DNA of 33,782 bases from a virus (lineage: Duplodnaviria; Caudoviricetes), in IMG/VR virus record IMGVR_UViG_3300027804_001396, positions 1 to 33,782 of that record; one strand, written 5' to 3'. The notes beneath the pieces were generated by a model, which did no database searches, was not told the origin of the DNA, and was given only the letters and a program-made list of their open reading frames with translations. Below are positions 9,269 through 21,000 of this stretch, one piece after another. Each line of letters opens with the position of its first letter. Position 1 is the first letter of the stretch. A program made the translations under genes and the position numbers.

Positions 9269-12079
9269 ATGAATGGTTTTCTATCTAACTCCCCATTTGC
9301 AGGATCTAACCCAGAATTAAGTACAAAAACCAAAGAAACTGAATTTTATCTTCCTAGTTTATACTTAAATGAAGAAGAAGTCCAAGAAGAAAATAAAAGG
9401 TTTTCTGAATTCATAGACAATACAGTTGAAGCTAGAGAGTATACTAAAAACTCAACTTTAGATGATAAAGAAAGATTACAAGTTCAGACTTACTATGAAA
9501 ATAAAGAAGATTTTTGGAAGTCAGCAACAAAAGCCTCAACTAATAAAATTAATGAAGTATTGGCTGGTTGGCGTTTAGATAGAGAAGACGAACCAGTAAT
9601 GAGTATTACAGTGGCTGGACCCGAAGTTACTTTATTCCAACCAAAAAAACTTGCTAACAGTGATTGGCAATTTGTTGATGAGTTTACTTTTGCTGGTGGT
9701 TCTACTTTTGGTGCTTTATTAGATGCTGAAGCCAGTACTCCTCAATTTACAGAACTATCTGGACGAAATGCTCAAGCAAATCACTATGCTGCTATTAGAG
9801 CCAGAGGTGGTAAGCAAGGAGAACTATGGTCACGGGCTATTCAAAATAGTACTTGGTTACAGGGAATGTTAACAGAAACAGACTCAGTTAAACAAGCTTT
9901 AGATGGTTGGATTGAGAGTACACCAACTGCTTTTAACGTAAAGGCATCTATTCCATTAAGTGCTTATCTAGGAGATACCATTCTAGATGTCTTAGAAGAT
10001 AGTCCAAAACCAGAAGGATGGACTACTGAACAAGCAATTAAAGAACTAAAGGAAGCTGATCCTGGTCTTGCAGCATTTATCTTTGGTGATATGCAAGTTA
10101 AAGAAGAAAGACTTAAGGAATTAGCTAAAACTCCACTTCAATTTAAATACTTTATTGGTGATGCTATTGATACTTTTGCATATCAATCTTTCTTAGCTGA
10201 ATATACTAAAAAGGCAGGATTCTTTGAAGAAGCATATTCTATTTATGCGTGGCCTTTAATTAGAGATTCAATCAATTCAAATGATGCATTATCTGAAGTT
10301 ATGATTACAGGAGGAGCAATTGCTTTAACTGCTACGGGAGTAGGAGCTTTTGTAGGTATTCCTCTTTTAGTTGGTAAAGGTACAGAAAAAATCTATAAAA
10401 CGGTTAAGGGAGCTGCTAAAACCTTTGATATTATTGAAAGTGTTGCTCGTAGAAGTGGCCAAATAGCCAAAGTAAACCAAGTTATTTGGAAAACACAAAA
10501 GTTTTTACCAAGTAGACTTCCAGATACCGTGTTTGATAGCTGGAGTGTAACTAAAAAGTTATTTAAAGTTCCAAAAGATGCTGGAAGATTGAGAAAAATA
10601 TCAACCTATGCAGGTAAACAATTCATAGGAGAGTTTGCACAAGGTTTACTTGAGTCTGGTGTCCAACAATACGAAGGTATGTCTACTGGATTCCAACAAG
10701 AATTTAGCGTTAAGGATATGTTATATAATGGTCTTGAAGAAGGTATAGGAGGTATATTCTTAGGTGGACCTGTAAAAGCCCTCAGTGTTGGTTCAGAACG
10801 GTTAATGACAACTAAATTAGGTGATCGAATAAACACAGTTATAGATGCGGGTAAAACAATCGTGTCTACCTCAATTAAAGTATCTCCACAAGTTGAAAAT
10901 ACAATAGATACTGCTGTTCGCCTTATGATGGGTATTAAAGATGGAGTATCTATACAGGACTATGAAGGAGCAATTGAACAAAGACTACGACTAAAGAATG
11001 CTTTAATTCGAATTGAAACTACAACTGGTTTAAAAGGTATTTTAGACGCAGATGACGATCAAAATGAGTTATTGACTGCTGCTATTACCGCACTATCTGG
11101 TGGAGATCCTAGTAAAGAATTCCCAGCAAGGGTTGAAATCTTAAAAAGAATTACAACACTTATGGATAGATTCCTAGAACCAGGTACTAATGGAGAAAAC
11201 ACAAGTGCAGAAGACGTAGAAGCTTTACTATTTTTAACGGCTATTGAAGGCGCAGGAAATAATGAAGTAGAGATTGCTCGTATTAATGAAGCTTTGTGGT
11301 TATCTAAGAAGCGTAAAGAAGGTGTTACTGAAAAAGATGGAAAACCCCTTACTATTAAAGACGCTACAGATGATGAACTAAAACAAATAGCCCAAGAAAT
11401 GCAAGATAAGACAAATCTACTTGCTACTAAATTGGGAGTAGATAATGCCGATCAAATTGGTAAGATATTTGGTTCCAGTCTATCTGAAGAGGATATTGAA
11501 CTAACAAACGAAATTATTGAAGAATACGAAAACGATAAAGCAACTTCAGGAAGCACCGAAAAAGAAACAATTAATTTTGGTGTTACAACTGAAGGTGTAA
11601 TTAAAAGTGATGTAGATCCTGTAAAACAAAAAGAAAAACAAGTTACACTTGCTACTAGTACTATGATGGTTGGTATGTTAAAAACAGATGATGAAATTGA
11701 ATTTGAATACTCTTCTGGCTCAAGAGCAGGAACTAAACGACGTATTCGTGTAATTAGTATTGAGACAAATAAGAAGGGTGAGCAAGTAATTAAAGGTTTT
11801 GATCTAGATAAAGGTGAAGAACGAAACTATCTTACAAAAAATATTACTGGTTCCTTTACATATTTCGAATCAAAAAAGAGTGAAACTACATCAGAAGCTA
11901 AGACAAGTATACCAGAAGCTAAAACTGAACCAGTGCCAGCTCCCAGTACTACTAAAGACTCAGTATCATCTATTGTTGATGGTTTATTTGAAAATAAAGA
12001 CGTAGATGAGAATATTGAATTAACAGAAGAAGAAAAAGCAGACTTACTAAATAGAGTTTGCTATAGAAAGGACACTTAA
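9269..12079 (+). CDS. large internal virion protein, 936 aa, with a TM-like segment and a C-terminal WYL-like domain
   Basis: Hydrophobic VMITGGAIALTATGVGAFVGIPLLVG (about 10295-10376); IEFEYSSGSRAGTKRRIRVISIE...IKGFDLDKGEERNYLTKNI (about 11675-11850) fits the WYL pattern. Confidence 0.6.
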   Translation: MNGFLSNSPFAGSNPELSTKTKETEFYLPSLYLNEEEVQEENKRFSEFIDNTVEAREYTKNSTLDDKERLQVQTYYENKEDFWKSATKASTNKINEVLAGWRLDREDEPVMSITVAGPEVTLFQPKKLANSDWQFVDEFTFAGGSTFGALLDAEASTPQFTELSGRNAQANHYAAIRARGGKQGELWSRAIQNSTWLQGMLTETDSVKQALDGWIESTPTAFNVKASIPLSAYLGDTILDVLEDSPKPEGWTTEQAIKELKEADPGLAAFIFGDMQVKEERLKELAKTPLQFKYFIGDAIDTFAYQSFLAEYTKKAGFFEEAYSIYAWPLIRDSINSNDALSEVMITGGAIALTATGVGAFVGIPLLVGKGTEKIYKTVKGAAKTFDIIESVARRSGQIAKVNQVIWKTQKFLPSRLPDTVFDSWSVTKKLFKVPKDAGRLRKISTYAGKQFIGEFAQGLLESGVQQYEGMSTGFQQEFSVKDMLYNGLEEGIGGIFLGGPVKALSVGSERLMTTKLGDRINTVIDAGKTIVSTSIKVSPQVENTIDTAVRLMMGIKDGVSIQDYEGAIEQRLRLKNALIRIETTTGLKGILDADDDQNELLTAAITALSGGDPSKEFPARVEILKRITTLMDRFLEPGTNGENTSAEDVEALLFLTAIEGAGNNEVEIARINEALWLSKKRKEGVTEKDGKPLTIKDATDDELKQIAQEMQDKTNLLATKLGVDNADQIGKIFGSSLSEEDIELTNEIIEEYENDKATSGSTEKETINFGVTTEGVIKSDVDPVKQKEKQVTLATSTMMVGMLKTDDEIEFEYSSGSRAGTKRRIRVISIETNKKGEQVIKGFDLDKGEERNYLTKNITGSFTYFESKKSETTSEAKTSIPEAKTEPVPAPSTTKDSVSSIVDGLFENKDVDENIELTEEEKADLLNRVCYRKDT

Positions 12080-15000
12080 TGGCTACTAAAGGATGCAATA
12101 TCAGTGATTTTATTGAAGATCTCCTAAAACAAACAAATGCAGATGGAACTCGTAAGTATACAGACGCCCAAATCCGTGGTAAACTACGAGCAGCATTTAA
12201 GGGAGGATTAATTAATAAGGCTCAACTGATAGCTACAACAGGTAAAACAGACTTATTAATCACTGAACCAGAGTTTGTTGAACTTGAAAACCTAGCCACT
12301 ACGGTTGCAAACTCAAATAAATCAATGTTTGAGGTTCTTTCCCAAGACCAACTAAAAAGATTTGTTGAACTAACCAACAAAGCTAAAAATTCCATTGGAT
12401 CAGGAACTACTGGTAGACTAAATCAAAGTCGATTAACTTCAGTATTAGATACACTTAACGAAACTCCACCAACTAAAATTACAAGTATTCTTGATATATT
12501 AGATCGTTCAATTGAAAAAGCAGAATTAGTAGGAGATTTAGCAAGAGTAGATAAACTACAGAAGATTAAGGCATCATTTATAGATATGGCTGATCTTTCA
12601 TCTAAATTAAAGATTGACTGGAAAGCTATTTCTAAAACAAACAGTGAACTCGATAAACTTACTCTTGAATACGCAATGGTTAAAGAAATCTTAGATATTG
12701 GCGACAGAGAAACAGCCGAGTTTAAGAAAAAGTTTGCAGTTGAAATGTTAGATATTAAAGATGAAATCCAAAAGACACAAAAAAGAACTGATCTAACAGA
12801 CGACGAAAAGAAAAAAATTATTGATAAACTAATTATCAAACAGCAAGAATTAATGAAGAAGTTTAATGAAACAACTTCAAAAAAGTTTAAAGATGCTAGA
12901 CGAAAGCTTGAAAAGAAACTAAAAACAATCAATTACCAAATTCAGAGACTCAAGGACAATGCCCCTAATTCATTCCTAAATAAAATTCTTATATCTATTA
13001 CAGGTATTGATTCAGAGTTTTTTGTTACTAGTTTAAGAGAACTTAAAGAAAGACAACTAAAAACAGAAGACGATATTAAACTAGCAGAAAAGATCGTTGA
13101 AGAGTATGCTGAGGATAAAACCTTTACTATTGCTGAAGTTCAGTGGTTATTTGGAGAAGACTATACTTCAACTAAAGCTGTTAAAGAAACTTTTTATGAA
13201 ATCGAAAAGAATCCAGATGGATCACCAAAAAAAGACTCTACTAATAAACCAATTAAGAAACGTAAAGAAAGAATTACTTTAGATGAAGTAAAAGAATTGC
13301 TAAGTTTATGGTCTGAGTTTAAACGATCTAAGTCATATGAATCTACAGTTTCAACTTTAGAGTCAACTAGAATAAACAATATTCTCCTAGCTGGAGATGA
13401 CAAACTTGTTTCTGAGGTTGAACCTGAAGATGCTCTTCCAATTGCTAGAACACACACTGAAGCTAAAACAGCTAAAGTTGGATATCGCTATGATCCACGA
13501 AAAGTAGCAGATAGAGTAAAGGGAGTAAAAGATTTACAAACTGCCCTACAAAGACTAACTTATTTAAGTAGTTTACCAAACCATAAAGGTTATATCTCTG
13601 CTGGAATGTTAATTGGTGTACTTGGCCAAGACGCTCAAAGTTTATTCCATAGATTTGATGACGCTATAATGGATGATCTTGAATTAGATAATCCAGATCA
13701 AACCGAATCTGAAACAACAATGGAAGGTAGACGTTTAGTTCTACAAGCAAACCTAGAAAAATTAGGATTTACCTCCAGTGAAATTCTTGCTATGCCAGAG
13801 TTTACTGATGCTGGTTATGTAGATAACTTTACCAAAGTTGTATCTTTTGATATTGAATGGGAACCAAATACAAATAATATTATTGCAGTTGGAATTGTAG
13901 AATACATTAACGGTAATCCAGTTCCAGCCCATACAGAAGTAATTTGGAGTCGATCTGGTAAGGATCAATACCTAACTAAAGACGATGCAGAAGAAGTATT
14001 ACAGAGACTACATACTTATCAGAATAGTGGATTCAAGGTTGTAGGTCATAACTCCCTTGGGTCTGATTCAGATATGCAAAAACTAGTATCTGTTTCTGGT
14101 AATACAAATCTTGGTATGGCTGTTGCCATTCGATCTTTAGATACCATGCTTTTAGGCTTCCGTAATAGCCCTATGGGAACCTTTACAAGAACCTATGGTC
14201 CAAGCCTAGACAACCTGTCTAAAGCCTTAGGAACGGGTTCTAAGGCCAGCAAAGCAGGAGTAACTGGAGTAACTGCCCATGAAGCTTGGAAAGCCTCTCA
14301 TGCAAGCGGAGACTATACCGACTTTACTGACTATTTAATCCAAGACGTTGCACTTACTGGTAGAAATCTTCTGGAAATGGTACATCGAAAGAATACTACA
14401 GTTGATGTTAATAACTCAAGGGGCGAACCACAACCAGTTCAACTATTTGATATTACTCCAATTTGGTATGACACAGGTAAACCAGAAATTGGTAGAAATC
14501 AAAGGTATCGTGGTGTAGGTGTCCTATTTGATATTGTTTCTTTTAAGAATATGCAAGAACAAATGGGCTTAGGTTTATCACAAAGTGTTATGTATGATGT
14601 TGCTAAACTAAAAAACGTTACAATTCAAATGATTCTAGCTCTAATGAAAGCAGATAATAAGTCGGATATTGATACTATCTTTGCTGCTCTAAATGCAAGA
14701 GAAGAAACATTAATAGAAAATTTTGATTCATTATTAGAGATTTCTAGATCAAACCACACTGCTTATCTTCCAATCCTAAGAGAAATTCGAAGAGCAAATC
14801 GAAATGAATTCCTGTTAGACGCATCTCGTGTAAGTGGAAGTGAGGTTGTTTATTCTAAAACTCCAACTAAGAGTGTATATGAAACAAATGCTTTAGAAGA
14901 AGTTATTAGTACCCTTGCTGCATATAACAGAAATCCACAACGATCACTAGATAAGTTTGCTCGGTTAGTCGGATTTAGAGAACGAAACGAAGGTGAAAGT

Positions 15001-18000
15001 GCTCTAAGTTATCTACGAGAATTGTTTAACTATTCAGCAACAAAATTTAACAATCAAAACTTAACCATAAGTGACTTTGGTGATGGTACATTTGATTATG
15101 TTCCAGCTAAACAACTTGGTCGTGGTTTTGCACAACTAGTTCTTGGTCATATTGACGATGGATTAAAACTAAGTCAAAACATTAAGACACCTGTTGATGT
15201 CATTGATCAACGTAGAGAAGAAGCAGAGTTAGATGGTGAAAAGATTGAATTTGAGGATATTGATAACCTCGTAGAAAAGAGAGAGTATCTTCCACTAACA
15301 AAACAAAATGTTTCTTACTTTGCTCCATTAAGTATGTTTGAGCAAGAAAGAATGTATAATGACTTTGCATTAAGACAAAGATATCATTATATTTTAAATC
15401 ACAACCTTACTGATGATGATCTTCGTGAATTCGAAGATTGGAGAAAAGTAAATCCAGTTGTTGAACTTAAAAATGATATTAAACTAAAGCAAGCAATTCT
15501 AAAGGAACTTCGGGATAAAACTCTTAAAACAGAAGCAGATTTAGATAGACTAGAAAAAGTTTATTTCCCAAGTGGAATGACTTTTGTAACTCCATTTGAT
15601 GATTACTTCTTGTTTGATACATCAATCTCCTTTGAAGATAAAGTTAAACAAACAAAATTATTACTTGCTGAATCTAAACAAAACTTAAAAACATATCTTG
15701 AAGGACTTGACAAAGGTCGATTAGAGCAAGGACGTGTTCAAAGATACAATCTACATCTAGTTCCAAATAATAGAAGCATCTATTCTCGTATTCCTACAAT
15801 GGAAGAGATGGAAGAAATGTCTTTAGAAATTGCTTTGGATCTACCACAGTTTATTGCTACTTTTGTTCACGACTCTGTAAATCTAATGGATTCTGCAAAT
15901 GTAGTTGTAGCTGGAGAAAATCATTGGGAAATGCCAGAACTTTCTTCTGGTGGTCCTACTGGTGCAGCTAGACTTGCTGGTATTGATGCCCAACTTGCTT
16001 GGCTTATGAGCCATCCCGAATTAGGTCGAGATCCTGAACTACTAAAAGAACTTACTCGTAAGTCATTAGAAAATGGATGGAAGCAGTTTACTAGTAGAGG
16101 TTGGTCGCGTTCAACCTACTGGGACGATCACATGAGCGGTATTCACCACAAAGCAGCAATGCTTTGGTCATACTTCCCCGATAGTACATTCAAAGCTCAG
16201 GGTGGTTTACTGGCAATCCTTCAAGGAATTAAAGACGGTTCGGTATCTAAAGAAAAACTTAAGGATTACTATGTTGAAACCTATAGTCAACTAGAAATTG
16301 CCTTAGACAAGGTTGAACAAGAGTTTACAAATGCAGGACTAACTAAAAATGTAAATCAAATCCAAAAGATTAGAACTCTGTTAAACGGTAGTACTGAAGT
16401 CCGAGAATTCTTTAAGGGTGTTATTATTCCAGTAGTGTATGAAGGTGGTTATGATGCTGCTCTAACTGGATTACGAGATAAACAAAAATCAAAGATTTCT
16501 CCTGGTGATCCTATTCATCAACTAAATGATGAAGATCTTAAGGAAATTACAAGAATCCTAACTGAAACTGGAATTGTTGTTCAGGGTAGACTTGTCGATG
16601 AAATCCTTGGATTAGATACAAACAAAGTACGAGAGCTGATGAAACTATTTGAACAGGGTGTTGAACGCCTTGCGCCAAACCTTAAGACGGCTACTGATGC
16701 TATGTTTAAGCGTAATCCTATCCTAAGAGATAACTTTATTCATTTAGACGGTGTAAGAGAAGGGATTAAGATTCGTCTACAAACAATTGCTGAATACACT
16801 ATGCCAGCATATTTAGAAAACGAACCAAGAGTCAAACAAGAAGAATGGATAAACAAAAGAGTTGCATTCTTAGAAAACAAGTGGCAAAAAAGAATTAATG
16901 CTGCTTTAGATATTGTAAAGAAAAATGGCGGTTCTATAAAAGTAGGCAGTCAAGTTGAAAGAGATTTCCATGTAGCTTTAGCTGGAGATCAAGCCGCATT
17001 TAAAACACAAATGACTTTACTTGGTATTAATAAGATGCAAAACTCAGGCATCAAGCTTAATTCCTCAGATCGTGATATTCTAGAAGCATCAGTAATGACT
17101 GGTAGACATATTGCCGATTCGGATTTAATGTTTACAGACCATGTAGTATTTACTACAGTAGGTATTGGTACTGGTTCTGGACGTGCTCAGTATGTTGGCA
17201 ACTACCTAACAAACCTACATGGTAGTAAACTGTCAAAGGGTAATCGTTATGTTGAAAATCCAGATGGAAGTATTAACTGGAAAGAAACAGTTAAAAATAG
17301 TGCGTGGAGTTTAGTTGGAAATAACTTAACAGGATTGCCAAAGGATGTTGCCAAAAAGAAGTTACGAGAACTTGCAGTTAAGAATTATCTTCTAACCGTA
17401 GCTACAGACTATCCACCTACCATGATTGGATACAACATGGATGATGAATCTAGAGGACAGTTCTTTAAGGAATGGCAAGAAAGATCTAGAAAAGAGCGAG
17501 AATGGGAAGCTAATGAAAGACTGACTGATATTGAAAAACTAAAAGCAGCTTATACAGCCGAGGGTAGAACCCTTACCGATGAACAAATTGAACAAGCAAT
17601 TGCTAGTAATTCAACACCAAGAAATAAAAGACTAGGTACTCGTATTCTAGCACCAACTATTACTACAAACGATGATGATGCTGTAATGTCTGTTGAAGAT
17701 GCTAAGGGTTTAGCTGGGTTTAGACCAAGACTAGCTGATAATGCTTTTGAAGATAGAATTGTTCATGGTTTATATAGTATCTATCAAGGCATTAAGAAAC
17801 TTAATCTTGGAACCGAAAAGGTTAGAGAAAATTTGGAAAGAATTGAAAAAGAAGGAATGACTCCTGATAAGGTCTTTGACATGGAAAACTCAAGGGCAAC
17901 TCAATACGATCCAAATAAGTTAGGTGTATATTTCCCAGAAGTTGAATCATCCTTAGTTGAGTCTATCTTTGGCGAAAGACCAACATTTAATCAAAGAGTA

Positions 18001-21000
18001 TTAAGATTAAAATATGTCTTAGATACCTTTGCTAGAAAAAATGGATTACAAGATTTAATTGACAACAAAGAATATGCAACAGTTTATCAAATCTATAAGA
18101 TTAGACAATCTCTAAAGAAATTTAGTTTCCTTGTTTCACAGAAAGTAATGCAACCATATGAACTTCGATATCTACATCGACACATGGTTCAACAAATTTT
18201 CCGTTTAACTAAAGCTCAACGAGATGCAACTAATGTTAAAACAAATATTCTCGATCTTTCAAAGTCAATTGGTATTGATCCAGAACACTTTAGATATCCT
18301 GATAATACCAACATGCGTTGGCTTGATGTTCTAAAAACTTTAGCTGATCTAGGTATTGAAGAAGTTTCGACACTTCGTTTTGGTATGTCTCCAGTTGAAA
18401 TGTTAACTACAGAAACAGGCGCAGCACCAGATATTATTTCTGGAAGAAAGACCGCTATTTTCCCTAATACTATTCAAGGTGGAGACGTTGCGGTTATTTT
18501 TGAAAGAATCTGGGCTAATGATTTAGTACAAAAGGAAGCTAAAGTTTATCTTGATAATCTAGTAAAGACTGGTGTTATCACTGGATATAAGACAGATCAA
18601 ACAAATAAATATGTTCTTTTATCATCTCTAGATAAAGCAACTGAACAACAAGTTCTTGAACACATTCTTGGTAATGATGAACTTATTATGGGTGCTGCTG
18701 AAAATCTTGGTTTATTTGTTGACTTTGAAATGGGAACTTCAGAAAATATCCTTAGATTGCAGAATTCCCAATTCCACGCTAATACAGATGGCGTATATAT
18801 TAATCCACAACGAGGCTTAGGTGAAATTACTGTAAGCCGTGTGGTTGAGGGTTCGCAAAATATTAAGTTCTACTTGACACCCGAAGCTGTTAAGAGAATT
18901 TTAAGAGGTGCTAGAAACTCTGGATTGTTTACACGAATTGAAACTGCTGTTCAAATAAATAAGTTCCTTGGCACTAGTACAACGGTAGATCAGTTACGAA
19001 GAGAAAAATATGCAGAGTATCTTGATTCACATCTAGATCAACTTGCAGATGAGACAGATATTCTTGCTGAACTACAAGGTGATAATCTACAAAGATTGCG
19101 TACAGATCGACTTAGAGATTCAATGGGTATTGAACTTAATCTTTATGATGCCGAGTATTACTTCCACAATGAAGATTCAATTACAAACCTTACTCCATTT
19201 AAAAATGCAGTTACTTTAGATATTAGAATTGCTGCTGAACGGGCTTCAAGATATCCTGCTTTACAAACTGAATATGGTGTTTTAAATCGTTTAATGACTG
19301 AAGATAAAAACCAATGGTGGTTCTTGCGTATTGGTTTTGCAATCTTCTTACAGAATAATCTAGGTCGAACACTAACTGAACAGGAGTTAAAGATTATTCT
19401 AGAAGAGCATTTTGGTGAAAAGTTTACAGATGTAAAATATAATGAATTTACTACAAAACTTTCTCAAGTTACCAATATTATTGACCGAATCAACCACTCC
19501 CCATTCAAAGGTAAGAATAAGTATCTTCATCTTGCAATCAAGCATAGAGAACAAATGCTTGCGGTACCACAAACCTTTAATGATAAATTTGATGTTTTCT
19601 CGTTTATCAAAAACTTTGGAGTACCTGTTGAAGATCATGACCTCGCAGCTCAAGCTGTAATTGAAGCATATGCTATTGTTGAAAACAAAGCAAATCTTCC
19701 TGAAGCTTATTCAACAATCCCAAGCAATGATTTAATTAAGATTGCTAGTAGTTCAACAGATTTTGATATTGCATTCCCTGAAGGAAAACAAATCAATGCT
19801 CAACTTGTTAAACTAAAGATGGATGGTGTAATTGACGACGAAACAGAAACATTCTATCGTTTACTTATTGGTAAAGTTCTAAAGCATAATCCCCATTTAG
19901 CTAAGTTCTTATCTATTAAGATAGACGACCTTGGTACAATTAGAGCTGGTGAAGCTGTAAAGGATGGAGATAGATTTATTATCAATCTTAATCCAACCAT
20001 TCTAAAGAACATGGGTCGCATAGATCAAATTAGAGTATTCTCACATGAAATTGCACACATTGCTAGACTAGCTTTTATTAAGGATAACGGACCAGAGTGG
20101 AGAAAGATTGAATCATTGTTTAGATCCAAGAGAGGTTCACAAGGTATCGAAACAATGTTATTAGTAATGAACAATAACCAACGATACGAAGGATTTGAAC
20201 AAGATTTACGATACTTTAAAGAAAATCCTGAAGAGTTTATTGCTTTCTGGGGTGGTTGGATGTTGGTTGAACAAGTGTTTAATAATGTTGATGTTATGAA
20301 GTTTATTCAATCTAGAAGTACAGCCGCTTACGCTGTAACTATGGGATATAAAACAGCTTTCCACAGAATTAGAGATGAAGTCAAAGCAATCTCATCTGGT
20401 CTTTATGATATTGATGAACAAGTGTTTAATGAAGTTCTCGATCTTACTGAAGCATTGTTTGGTTTTACAAGTTCTATCGAAAGAGAAATCTTTGTTGCTA
20501 ATGAAAACAAAACACTTGGATACCTGGGAGACTTTGATGAACCAATATCAAACACTGGTAGAGATGTAGACGAACTTGCTAGACTAACTCAAGATGAAAG
20601 AAATGGAGTTCCACTTAACGCTCTTGATCAACTTAAGTTAGCAAGTTTACGAAATAAATATAGCAGTGGTCCAATTCAAAACTTAGATATTGTCGAGTAT
20701 AAGAGACTACGACAAAAGAGAGAATCTTTACAAGGAAGTTCCTTATTAAAGCCAACACACAGAGAGCATCCAGGATATACTGGAGTATCTGTACAAGATC
20801 TTTCTTCAGAAGAAAAGCTTGAGATTGCACAGACTGTGGTTTCAGAAACAATCGCAAGACGAAAAAATACCTCTATTAATCAAAGTTCACTTGGTGGTTC
20901 GGCACGACTTGCTTCCGAAAAGGTTTTTGGAAAGAAGGCTACAAGAAATCTTTTAGCATTTAGGCACTACTGGGGAACTATGGGTTTAACACGAGCAAAC

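Noticed and set aside
13834-16760. Calling the giant protein a family A DNA polymerase
   Set aside because: Motif A is DxxxSGIxH (RNAP type) rather than DxxxxExR, and the exonuclease is far from the palm. It is not fully excluded without modelling.
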